This document shows, piece by piece, positions 1 to 8,788 of a stretch of DNA of 64,000 nt. Position 1 is the stretch's first letter; the number at the start of each line of letters is the position of its first letter. The position numbers were made by a program, and so were the translations under genes. Under the pieces are notes generated by a model. It ran no database searches, had not been told where the DNA came from, and saw only the letters and a list, made by a program, of their open reading frames with translations. Origin of the DNA: an uncultured Bacteroidaceae bacterium. Lineage in GTDB: Bacteria; Bacteroidota; Bacteroidia; Bacteroidales; SM23-62. Location: positions 7,408-71,407 of the forward strand of contig CAYOPZ010000006.1 in the NCBI GenBank assembly GCA_964406005.1, in the 5' to 3' direction.

Positions 1-1456
1 TGTAACGCAGCATGGGAATGACCATTTCGTTGTTTAAAAGGTCGAAATACTGCATGGGGATTGGCGTTTTCATCCGCCTGCGGGTCTTCCGGTAAACGAT
101 GGAGCTGAAGATTTCGCCTGAGGGACCGATGCCTACGACTTTCAAATTTGCCTTGTCGCTGGGATGGAATGCCTTGATGCCTTTTTCCGTCGGCCATTCC
201 CCGTTCTTGTTGTCGTCGTTGAACACCAGGTAGGTATAATCGGAGTTCACAGGTGCATGGACGCTGTAGGATGAATAATTGAACGGGGTGTTCACGTCGA
301 TGTCCTGCCGCTTGCGGATCACCCTTTTCCAGTTCAGGGTTCCACCGGGACTGAAACCGGCGGCAATGATGTTCTGGTAAGTGTCGTAATGCATGTCAAA
401 CTGGTTCTCGGCAAGGAAGACCAATTCCCCGTTGCTGCGGCGGATCAACTGCCGGGGTATGAAACTGAACATTTCCTCCTGCTCCTTTTTCTGTACGCCG
501 GCGATGGCTTCGGCCAGGAACCAGGGCTCCATTTCATACAGCTTCTGGTTGCGGAACTCCGCGTTCCGGTTGTCCACCTCCAGGTAAAAGATCCCGTCCA
601 CCATCCCCCGGAAATGGGTGGGCGAGTAAAATCCCGCACAGCTCAGGTCGAACTCCCCGCCCGGTTCGATCTGCACCCCGCGGATGTAAAGCCCGGGAAG
701 ATTCAGGTAATAGGTGTTGTTGTACTTGCCTTTCCCGGTGACCGCCACCAGGTGGTAGCGGTTCTTGGTCTCGTGCCAGAGGCTGCTCAGTTTCTGGTCG
801 TCCAGCAAGCTCATGATGAATACATCACCCTCCTCGCTCACCTTTACGATCGATTCCCTGGGCCGGCGATCCTCGTATACGATGCGCTGGTCCGCTTCCC
901 ACTCCAGGGAAAAACCATTCCCGAACATCATGAAATGCAGGTCCTGGACGTTTCGGCTAAGAACATCCAGCCTGCTGTATACCAGCAGTTTGCTTTCCTG
1001 CCTGGAGAGCTGGAGCCCGAATTCGGCTTCCCAGCCGGACATGTTATGAACGTCCATCAGGAGCCTTTCATCCCCGTTCTGAAGCAGGGTTTCCTTGTCA
1101 ATGGTTTCGACGTAAAGCAGCATCCGCTTGATGCGCTGTTCGGAAGTAAACATATAGATGGAATCGTGGAAGTGGAACAGGCCCAGCAGGGTGCGCCGGC
1201 GAAATCCCGGGTTCAGGTCCAGATACTTGCGGCGTACCGAACGGAATTTATGATCCAGGCGCTCGACCGCTTCCCTGTAATCGAAGGAGTATGCATAATA
1301 CGCAGACTCGTCATGCCCGAATAGGGCAGGCACCTGTATGTTGTTGGCCATGTTCAACTCGGCCCCGATGTACAGATCGGTGGGATTCCCAATCGGCTGG
1401 GCCGACAGCGGCAACAACAGCAGCAGGATGGCCGTATGGATCAGCAGTGTCTTCAA
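1..1456 (-). CDS. hypothetical exported protein (N-terminal part in window; gene runs off the left edge)
   Basis: Hand translation of the minus strand gives an uninterrupted frame from a TTG at 1454-1456 down to base 1, about 485 codons. It is absent from the ORF track because it has no stop inside the window. The N-terminus KTLLIHTAILLLLLPLSAQ looks like a signal peptide. Composition is protein-like, unlike the + strand shadow ORF 389..1324. No family recognised. Confidence 0.55.
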   Translation of the reverse strand, partial: MKTLLIHTAILLLLLPLSAQPIGNPTDLYIGAELNMANNIQVPALFGHDESAYYAYSFDYREAVERLDHKFRSVRRKYLDLNPGFRRRTLLGLFHFHDSIYMFTSEQRIKRMLLYVETIDKETLLQNGDERLLMDVHNMSGWEAEFGLQLSRQESKLLVYSRLDVLSRNVQDLHFMMFGNGFSLEWEADQRIVYEDRRPRESIVKVSEEGDVFIMSLLDDQKLSSLWHETKNRYHLVAVTGKGKYNNTYYLNLPGLYIRGVQIEPGGEFDLSCAGFYSPTHFRGMVDGIFYLEVDNRNAEFRNQKLYEMEPWFLAEAIAGVQKKEQEEMFSFIPRQLIRRSNGELVFLAENQFDMHYDTYQNIIAAGFSPGGTLNWKRVIRKRQDIDVNTPFNYSSYSVHAPVNSDYTYLVFNDDNKNGEWPTEKGIKAFHPSDKANLKVVGIGPSGEIFSSIVYRKTRRRMKTPIPMQYFDLLNNEMVIPMLRY

Positions 1457-1545
1457 GCCAAAGACATTACAGCAAAAATAATGCCCCGGTTTGATAATTA
1501 CCCCCCAATTCCCTAATTTTGCATGCCTTTGAATTTTCGCATCGC

Positions 1546-1619
1546 GGGCCCATAGCTCAGCAGGTTAGAGCATCTGACTCATAATCAGGGGGTCGCTGGT
1601 TCGAGCCCAGCTGGGCCCA
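1546..1619 (+). tRNA. tRNA with CAT anticodon (elongator Met or Ile2/lysidine type)
   Basis: A cloverleaf can be drawn by hand. Acceptor stem is GGGCCCA/TGGGCCC plus discriminator A. D arm is GCTC..GAGC. Anticodon stem TCTGA/TCAGG carries loop CTCATAA (anticodon CAT). T arm is GCTGG-TTCGAGC-CCAGC. G1:C72 is paired, so it is not an initiator. C4:G69 and C5:G68 resemble tRNA-Ile2. No CCA is encoded. Confidence 0.9.
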
Positions 1620-1620
1620 C
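1575..1620 (+). repeat. attL core: 46-bp direct repeat (3' half of the tRNA)
   Basis: tgactcataatcagggggtcgctggttcgagcccagctgggcccac is identical base for base to 42318..42363. Confidence 0.9.
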
Positions 1621-1627
1621 AGTTGAT

Positions 1628-1670
1628 AACCAACCACTTGGAGTATTTTACAGGTGGTTGGTTTTCTTTT
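1628..1670 (+). terminator. rho-independent terminator after the tRNA (island-borne copy)
   Basis: Stem aaccaaccac (1628-1637) pairs with gtggttggtt (1654-1663) and is followed by ttctttt. The stem arms are shared with the hairpin at 42371-42410. Confidence 0.7.
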
Positions 1671-1672
1671 TG

Positions 1673-1694
1673 GGATAAACATTTGAATAAACAA
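1673..1694 (+). repeat. 22-bp repeat ggataaacatttgaataaacaa (candidate integrase arm-type site, left)
   Basis: Exact copy of 42184..42205 in the same orientation. It lies 53 bp inside attL. Confidence 0.6.
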
Positions 1695-1982
1695 TCTGTA
1701 AGATAGACGCATAATAAATATAACAATTATAAATATCTGAATATTAGGCTGTAAGTGTAAATATATCAAAATGCAATAACAAATTATATAAATTCGAACT
1801 TAAATGCCTTCCTCACAGCATCACATCATTCTTACACCAACAAAAATTAGCTGTAATTCATTATCCATCTATATTCTCACAACCTCACATCTATTTCCAT
1901 AAACATTTAATTTTATAAATTCTTAAAGCCCAGTATTGAAAATTATTTTAACGAATGAGTGCTGAAATGAATGTGATAACTT

Positions 1983-4253
1983 TTAAAATAGCTCACCAGC
2001 ATTATCAGAATTGACTGCCTGAATTGCTTCTTCTTCCGCCTTCTTTTTCCAGGATGCAATTCTCTTTCGATGTTGTCCTTCAAATTGACGAAGATTACCC
2101 ATTAAATCTTCATTCAGTAGGGTTACCTCGTATCCCCTTTTTGATTTGGTGCCATTCCACTTCATGTGATTTTCATAGCCTGCCTTTTTCATATATGTCC
2201 CAAGGATATTTGGAGTGGTCGCATTTGGATTGCCGACACAATCATTAATGAATTCTGAAATCTGGGTAGCGGAATAAAATTCCGTACCGTGATCCACGAA
2301 TCTGGATATATACTCTTCGTAGGCATGGATTTTCCTGTAGGATTCATTGTAATTATAGAGCTCTGCTAGTTCTTCATATGATAACCAGTGTTGCTCACCT
2401 TGCTTCCAGAGCTGATAGGTCTGTGCCCAAAGTTGCTCCATATCAACTTTGTGTAAATAATCGGCCGATTCAATTTCCAGTGGCCAAAACCTTCTTGAGC
2501 CTGTAGGATCAGTAATTATCTCACTGTGGTTGGAGGTGCCAATGATTGATGCTATTTTATAATATTCGGAATTATGTTTGCCGTAAGCTACCCTGATATT
2601 AAATTTCTTCTGACTTAGAAAGCTTTTCAGCTGTTCATTAGATGTTTTATTATTAAGCCATGGAGACATTTCATCCATGGCTAAAATGGCTTTTTCACAG
2701 GAAAGAAGCCTGTCGTCCTTATCACTGAAGTTCATATTCGGCTTTTCTGCGAAAAGAGAATGCCACTGCTCCGGTATTAATTTGCGCATCCACCTGGTTT
2801 TTCCAACCCCCTGGGGACCAATTAAAATTAAAAGATTTTCATTTGGTGATATGGATGGATTATTTTCATTCTCAGGATTATTGTGAAGTCCATTTACTAC
2901 GCCTATGAACCATCTACGAAGCATTTTTTGTGCCATATTCACATCACGCCCATTTTTGAATTTTAAGGTTTTCAAAAGCTCTTTAAATCTATCTTCACCA
3001 TCCCACTGTGGGAGGTCTGCAAGAAATTCTTTTACCGGATTAAATCTTGTTGGTATATATTTTAGGAAGCTTTCAAATTCATCGCGCTTCATTGACATCT
3101 CCAGCACATCTAATCTGATTTTCCCTTCAATACGGTCATTAACAAGTTCCCAGGTTTCCGAATCGGCCGATTCGGAAAAGTAAAGCTGATGAGTTAGTTC
3201 ATTATACTTTAACCTAATCTCACTTGCTTCCATTGCGGTCACATTCTTATTTAAGAGATTTCGATTCCCTTGGTGAAAATTTTTGGGAGGCCTCCATCCA
3301 CTGAGTTTTGCCATATATACAATAGTACCCATTGTAGATTTTTTACTGGCGCTATTGGGAGGATTACCCTGCCATTTTTTAATGCATTCGTCCCTGTTGA
3401 ACTTATTCGAGAATGCACTAAGCTGAAGGAACAGATCCAATCCCTGATTTTCATCCGAAAAGGTATTTTTTAATGCAAACATTACTCTTAGCCAGTCATG
3501 GTAGTGGTCCAGTAACGAAATGTTTTCATTTGCACACCAATGGATAATGTTTTTAACCAGTTTTATATTGGTATTCTCATCATCATTCATGAATCTTGTA
3601 TAATACCCCTCGATCCTTGAATTCAGCAGCGGTTTTAATGTATTACCTTTTCTGGTATAGTCTATCTTCCATCCTACTGCATCCGGATTATAGTACACAT
3701 AAGGATCATGAGCATAATAGCATACTCGCGCAATATCCGATCCGGATTTGTCGATTTGGGTTATCTGATATTTTTTTTGATAATAACTTACCAATGAATT
3801 GAAAGCTTGCTTATGGAAATCTACAGTATCCTCAATAGATGTAAGCTCCGGTAAGTCTAGTCGGTGAATTACTTTAAGCCCATTTCCAGACGGGGAGAGA
3901 AAGGCAAAAATCACCGATGGTTCCATGAAAGAGGCTATTTTTGCACGTAGTTCTTCGGGATTGTTAATCTTATCAATATCAATGACAATCCTTCCGTGAT
4001 ATCTGGTCAAGGATTTATTGTCGCGATATGAGAACTCACCAGCTGGTATAAATGCCGGGAGTTTAGTTTTTAGGCGCTCTTTTTCATTATAATCGGACCT
4101 GTCGCCAGTTTTTTGGTATTGACGGTTTGACATCCTAATGAGTGCACATTGTTGCTGTATATCGATATCCTCCTTAATCATTGGGAGAACATCATCAAGA
4201 GAAAGAATACTGACCTGATCAGGTTTTGTAATGTCTAATAAATTTGTAATCAT
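1983..4253 (-). CDS. VirE/VapE-like primase-helicase (P-loop NTPase) of mobile elements
   Basis: 756-aa ORF. Walker A is ILIGPQGVGKTRW, followed by a DEM Walker B-like segment. The long N-terminal region is of the kind seen in BT4734/VirE_N-type proteins. It sits beside an excisionase-type HTH at the island end. Confidence 0.7.
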   Translation of the reverse strand: MITNLLDITKPDQVSILSLDDVLPMIKEDIDIQQQCALIRMSNRQYQKTGDRSDYNEKERLKTKLPAFIPAGEFSYRDNKSLTRYHGRIVIDIDKINNPEELRAKIASFMEPSVIFAFLSPSGNGLKVIHRLDLPELTSIEDTVDFHKQAFNSLVSYYQKKYQITQIDKSGSDIARVCYYAHDPYVYYNPDAVGWKIDYTRKGNTLKPLLNSRIEGYYTRFMNDDENTNIKLVKNIIHWCANENISLLDHYHDWLRVMFALKNTFSDENQGLDLFLQLSAFSNKFNRDECIKKWQGNPPNSASKKSTMGTIVYMAKLSGWRPPKNFHQGNRNLLNKNVTAMEASEIRLKYNELTHQLYFSESADSETWELVNDRIEGKIRLDVLEMSMKRDEFESFLKYIPTRFNPVKEFLADLPQWDGEDRFKELLKTLKFKNGRDVNMAQKMLRRWFIGVVNGLHNNPENENNPSISPNENLLILIGPQGVGKTRWMRKLIPEQWHSLFAEKPNMNFSDKDDRLLSCEKAILAMDEMSPWLNNKTSNEQLKSFLSQKKFNIRVAYGKHNSEYYKIASIIGTSNHSEIITDPTGSRRFWPLEIESADYLHKVDMEQLWAQTYQLWKQGEQHWLSYEELAELYNYNESYRKIHAYEEYISRFVDHGTEFYSATQISEFINDCVGNPNATTPNILGTYMKKAGYENHMKWNGTKSKRGYEVTLLNEDLMGNLRQFEGQHRKRIASWKKKAEEEAIQAVNSDNAGELF

Positions 4254-4368
4254 GACTTTAATGTTAATGGTTGATAAAAACCTGACCGAGAAAACCTCAG
4301 ATTATGCTTGGCATCCGATAACTACGGTAAGGAGATAATTTTGGCTATAATCTTGTAGCCAGCATAGC

Positions 4369-4656
4369 TTAATTGGAACTTATTTCATAGGGTAAGGGTA
4401 CCACTTTGAGCGTCATAGTTCCCCAATAAAACATAAGTAGGTAATACTCGTGCCTTTTGGATCGGACAAGACGGAGCATGTTTTTATTTCCTGATTCCTC
4501 TAATTCATGAATCAGTCTTTTCCTATTTGTTGCAATGATTTCATTGCAATCAGTTAATTCCGGCGCATGAACATGTGTCATGCACGAAATCTCATGGTGA
4601 ATGCGGGGTTGATCATTCGAAGGAATTCCCCCAACGTGAATAGTAAGTGTTTGCAT
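4369..4656 (-). CDS. hypothetical protein
   Basis: 95-aa ORF in AT-rich DNA, where long stop-free frames are uncommon. Co-oriented with its neighbours. No family recognised. Confidence 0.45.
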   Translation of the reverse strand: MQTLTIHVGGIPSNDQPRIHHEISCMTHVHAPELTDCNEIIATNRKRLIHELEESGNKNMLRLVRSKRHEYYLLMFYWGTMTLKVVPLPYEISSN

Positions 4657-4831
4657 TTCGAGTTATTTATAATTTCCTGGCACAACTCGTTATTGCTTTA
4701 CTATTCACCAGATGATAGAAATTTCGATTATTTCCGAGACAAAAATAATCACACAACTAGTTGAATGCAAGCATTTCTTGTTAAATAAAAATTAAAATTT
4801 AATACAGCACAACTTACAAATTGAAAGCACC

Positions 4832-5281
4832 CTAGTTCACAAATATTTTAAGGGAAGGATTATCTGTAATTTGCTTAGAGAGATAGCAGACCAATCCCGG
4901 AAGATTGTTCACTTCCTTTCGGTGAAAAGACTGAATCAATCCCTCATTCAATTCAATCCAGGATCGTTTAAGGGAAAGAATCATCGGTGAGTTTTTTGCT
5001 ATCATATGGCAGTGGAAAAAAGATTCCGGAATGAACATATCCCGGTAATCCTGGATCTTGTTCTGAAAAATAGACCTTTCAGCTTCAATTACTCCAACGC
5101 AGGCAACCGGAAATTGATTCAGCAAATCCGAAATTTGCTGAATCAACCCATCAACCGATATTGATTTAACCGGTTTAAAAGTCAGGAACTGATCCCCTTC
5201 AGTCAGGTTCTTCTTCCTGCTATGGTAGTTCAACAATTCCTGACCAAGATAAAAATCTGATATGTCATTCAAAACTTTCAT
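4832..5281 (-). CDS. hypothetical protein
   Basis: 149-aa ORF in AT-rich DNA, co-oriented with the xis-like and primase genes. No family recognised. Confidence 0.55.
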   Translation of the reverse strand: MKVLNDISDFYLGQELLNYHSRKKNLTEGDQFLTFKPVKSISVDGLIQQISDLLNQFPVACVGVIEAERSIFQNKIQDYRDMFIPESFFHCHMIAKNSPMILSLKRSWIELNEGLIQSFHRKEVNNLPGLVCYLSKQITDNPSLKIFVN

Positions 5282-5367
5282 GGGGCTCTGGGTATCAGTA
5301 TTCAGTATATTAATACTATATAGTATCTATCCTATTCAAGTAGTAAGGTTTCGATGGGAAACCAGTA

Positions 5368-5437
5368 ATAAAAATCCCGTCACCAGGGCATTCAATTCTT
5401 TCGGAGAAATCTGAGCAAGTACGGTGATGACGGGATT
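5368..5437 (-). terminator. hairpin plus T-tract downstream of the xis-like gene
   Basis: aatcccgtca (5373-5382) pairs with tgacgggatt (5428-5437), perfect 10-bp arms. On the minus strand the hairpin is followed by tttttatta. The loop is long (about 45 nt), so an alternative structured RNA cannot be excluded. Confidence 0.45.
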
Positions 5438-5482
5438 ATAAAATATCTTCATGTGAAAATCCATACTTGCTTATTTATATAT

Positions 5483-5821
5483 TCACCCTCTCCACAGCGA
5501 TTTTGCATGTTGTTGCAATTTTTCATCTACATCTGATTTAAACTCTTCTTTGGTATGTTGCCTGTCCTTTTCCAGCCAGGCATACACTTCTGATTTTTTG
5601 AATAACAAGCGCTTCCCATTTTTAAAATGAGGTATTTTCCGCTGGGATGTCATCTTATAAATTGTGGATGGCGAACGTTTTATCCACCCGGAACATTCTT
5701 CCAGATCACCAATCATGTCCTCGCCAACACTTTTCTTCTCTGCCAACCTGGCAATAAGGTCACTAACCAATATTTCCATACTTGCCAGCTTCCTTTCTAA
5801 TGATTCAATACTATTTTCCAT
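5483..5821 (-). CDS. excisionase-family (HTH_17/MerR-like) DNA-binding protein
   Basis: The C-terminal half, GWIKRSPSTIYKMTSQRKIPHFKNGKRLLFKKSEVYAWLEK, matches the helix-turn-helix excisionase pattern. The ATG at 5819-5821 (MENSIES...) is preferred over the TTG at 5870-5872 given in the track. Confidence 0.7.
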   Translation of the reverse strand: MENSIESLERKLASMEILVSDLIARLAEKKSVGEDMIGDLEECSGWIKRSPSTIYKMTSQRKIPHFKNGKRLLFKKSEVYAWLEKDRQHTKEEFKSDVDEKLQQHAKSLWRG

Positions 5822-5980
5822 AATTAATTTTATTATGGTATGCACAAGATCAGCCCAGGGTCTCAAAATCAAGAAAAAAATTGTTACATCCTTTCATTTT
5901 TCAGCATCAAAGCCTCCATATAACCCTTATATACAGGTTATTATACCCATTTTGGGTAAATTTATTATTTTTACCCTACT

Positions 5981-6778
5981 ATGAAAATTAGAAATATTTT
6001 AAAGCCAAAACCACTATCAGTCATCAGGGAAGAGGTGCCAAACCGCTACCGCTATTCCATGATAGGAGAACAACTGTACGATCTTAATTCCGGAAATATA
6101 TTCCAGTCATTCTCTAACGCAGCGAAAGATATTTCAACCGAAGATCTGTATAATAAGATAATCGAAGCTTTTCGTAAGGGAGATAAAATAATTACATGGA
6201 ATGAACTCTACTTCGGCGGATTTCATTACCGGGATTTTATTATCCTGAATGAATTATTCAGTTCTCTCCAGAAATGGGATGTTAGTTTTTGCAATAGCAT
6301 CTTCAATGGAGAAACCGAACTTTTCCAAATTCAAATTATTAATATCACATCTGAGGAACACTATATGTTTTTCACCAAGGACCTTTCTTACAAAGATCGG
6401 TTGATTTCCGAGGTCAATAAACTGGAACTTGTAAAACTCCATCTTGAATTTGAATCCCTTGGAGGAAAGTATGACAGCCCCAGTCGCTTCCTCGATCTCG
6501 TTGAACGGGCCGGATGGGAAAATGGTATTAAAATGATTACAGCGATTAATAGTGTCATTACTATGCTCCAATCGACAGGGAAACTTGGCAGGGAGGATAT
6601 TATGACTCAGGTAAGCGACCGCCTACAATCAGATGACCATTGTATTGTTTACAGGTTTTTTCCTGGCAATGAAGGTTACCAGCTAATTACTTATCATCTA
6701 TTCGAGGAAAACACTACTAAGGTGCGGATCTTCAAAGGGGATATTGAAGAATATGCTGCAGAAGTGTTTGATTGGTGA
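5981..6778 (+). CDS. hypothetical protein
   Basis: 265-aa ORF, divergent from the xis-like gene. Palindromes tacccattttgggta and gggtaaa-N9-tttaccc lie just upstream. No family recognised. Confidence 0.6.
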   Translation: MKIRNILKPKPLSVIREEVPNRYRYSMIGEQLYDLNSGNIFQSFSNAAKDISTEDLYNKIIEAFRKGDKIITWNELYFGGFHYRDFIILNELFSSLQKWDVSFCNSIFNGETELFQIQIINITSEEHYMFFTKDLSYKDRLISEVNKLELVKLHLEFESLGGKYDSPSRFLDLVERAGWENGIKMITAINSVITMLQSTGKLGREDIMTQVSDRLQSDDHCIVYRFFPGNEGYQLITYHLFEENTTKVRIFKGDIEEYAAEVFDW

Positions 6779-6863
6779 CATTTCCCTCCAATATCTAATT
6801 TGGATTTTTAAGCGCCAATAATTACTTTAGAATTCCTTTAGAATCATACATTCTTTTTGCACT

Positions 6864-7541
6864 ATGAAAGTCTTAATCATAGAGGATGAAGTCGAACTGC
6901 TTATTGCAATAAGCAATTTCCTTACAAGGGAAAAATACATATGCGAATTGGCTGAAAATTTTGAAAAGGCTGAGGATAAGATTGCAACATATGAGTATGA
7001 CATCATTCTTCTGGATATTACCCTGCCAGATGGGAACGGCTTAGAACTGCTAAACAGGATAAAGAAACGTCAGAAATTAGCATGTATCATTATCATATCA
7101 GCTAAAAATTCATTGGATGACAAGATTCAAGGACTGGACCTCGGAGCGGATGATTATATAACCAAACCTTTTTACCTCTCGGAACTCAACGCAAGAATTA
7201 AAGCAGTTCTGAGAAGAAAACAGTTTGATGGAACTAGCACGATAACATTCAATGAGATATCCGTTGATACCGACAGTAAGGCTGTTTCAGTTAAAGGGAA
7301 TAATATAATACTCACGAAAAAGGAGTATGACTTATTACTTTTTTTTATGATCAATAAGAACAGGGTGCTTACAAAAGAAGCAATAGCTGAGCACTTGTGG
7401 GAAGATAATATTGATCTGTCAGATAATTTCGACTTTATCTATACACATCTAAATAACATCCGGAAGAAACTCAAATCTGCCGGTGGTTCTGACTATATAA
7501 AAACACTTTACGGAATGGGCTATAAATTCACTGATCAATGA
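6864..7541 (+). CDS. OmpR/PhoB-family response regulator
   Basis: Receiver domain (ILLDITLPDGNG with the phospho-acceptor Asp context, and K in ITKPF). C-terminal winged-helix output (LTKKEYDLLLFF...GMGYKF). Confidence 0.9.
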   Translation: MKVLIIEDEVELLIAISNFLTREKYICELAENFEKAEDKIATYEYDIILLDITLPDGNGLELLNRIKKRQKLACIIIISAKNSLDDKIQGLDLGADDYITKPFYLSELNARIKAVLRRKQFDGTSTITFNEISVDTDSKAVSVKGNNIILTKKEYDLLLFFMINKNRVLTKEAIAEHLWEDNIDLSDNFDFIYTHLNNIRKKLKSAGGSDYIKTLYGMGYKFTDQ

Positions 7542-8779
7542 AATTCCTGACTAAAATAAACCGCAATTATCTTTTACCTCTAACTGTCGTACTAATAATT
7601 ATGACTGTTGCAGGCTATTTGATCCTACGAATAATAATAACACAGGGGGCAAAGGAAAATCTGCTTTCGAAAATGTACCTGGTTGAACAACAGATTCAAA
7701 ATACTGGGGAAATACCGAATCTTCATCCGGTAATTGAAGTTCAAAAGACTGAACAGGAACCTGATATATGCCCCTCTTTCAAAAAAGCAAAGATCTGGAG
7801 CGATCAAGAAATGGAAGATGAAATTTTTCTTGAGTACTCGGCAAAAATCAATGTTGATGGATCGTGGTACATTGTAAAACTACGTCAGTTCACATTTGAG
7901 AATGAGGATCTTATATTAATCCTGGTATTAACATTGTTCCTGTTGCTTTTGTCAGCATTTACTATCTCTTACTTCTCGACAAGAAAAATGAACAGGACTG
8001 TCTGGGACAACTTTGAACATAATCTTCATGTAATCGAAAATTATAGTCTCAAACAGCAGGATGATATTGCACTCGAAAGATCAGACATTGAAGAGTTCGA
8101 GCGATTAAGCAACATAATTACTGATTTCACCAGGAAGATGAGATCAGATTATGTGTCATTAAAAGAGTTCACGGAAAATGCCTCGCATGAAATACAAACC
8201 CCTGTATCAATTGCCCTGATGAACCTGGAAGAGATATTACAGAATGACATCAAAGAGGATCTCTTTCAAAAAGTAGTGAATGTAATTAATTCCTTGAAAC
8301 GTCTTTCAGCTATAAACCAGAATCTTATCCTTCTGACGAAAATCGAAAACAGGCAGTTTGAGTCATCCAATGAAGTTACTATCAATGAAAAAATTTTACA
8401 AAAAAAGGATGAATATATAGGCCTCTTTGAATCAAAAGAACTGGACGTGAAGATTCAATCTGAAGGAGATTTTGTAGTCCGGATGAATGAATACCTTTCA
8501 GACATACTGGTAGGCAATCTGCTATCCAATGCAGTTAAACATAACATCATGGGCGGGGAAATCAGGATATTGATCAAGCCGGGTTTTTTAAAGATTTGCA
8601 ATACAGCTGAACAAAACATCCTTACCAATAAGAACATTTTTAACCGGTTTGTAAGCGGAAAACCAATGTCTTCCGGACTTGGTCTTGCAATTGTCAGCCA
8701 GATCTGTGAGTTACACAACCTCGATGTACATTATCAAAAAGATGATCTTCATTGTTTTACAGTACAAACCAAATCATAA
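7538..8779 (+). CDS. sensor histidine kinase
   Basis: Two N-terminal TM segments. H-box FTENASHEIQTPVS. N-box LLSNAVKHN. G-box region GLGLAIV. A 4-nt overlap with the response regulator gene. Confidence 0.9.
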   Translation: MKFLTKINRNYLLPLTVVLIIMTVAGYLILRIIITQGAKENLLSKMYLVEQQIQNTGEIPNLHPVIEVQKTEQEPDICPSFKKAKIWSDQEMEDEIFLEYSAKINVDGSWYIVKLRQFTFENEDLILILVLTLFLLLLSAFTISYFSTRKMNRTVWDNFEHNLHVIENYSLKQQDDIALERSDIEEFERLSNIITDFTRKMRSDYVSLKEFTENASHEIQTPVSIALMNLEEILQNDIKEDLFQKVVNVINSLKRLSAINQNLILLTKIENRQFESSNEVTINEKILQKKDEYIGLFESKELDVKIQSEGDFVVRMNEYLSDILVGNLLSNAVKHNIMGGEIRILIKPGFLKICNTAEQNILTNKNIFNRFVSGKPMSSGLGLAIVSQICELHNLDVHYQKDDLHCFTVQTKS

Positions 8780-8788
8780 TACCCGGCA

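Noticed and set aside
389-1324. 311-aa + strand ORF in the left flank
   Set aside because: Its composition is odd (rich in V/Q/P/L/H with low-complexity runs) and no motifs are recognisable. It lies exactly antisense to a longer minus-strand frame with a signal peptide that stays open to the window edge. It is a typical shadow ORF of GC-rich DNA.
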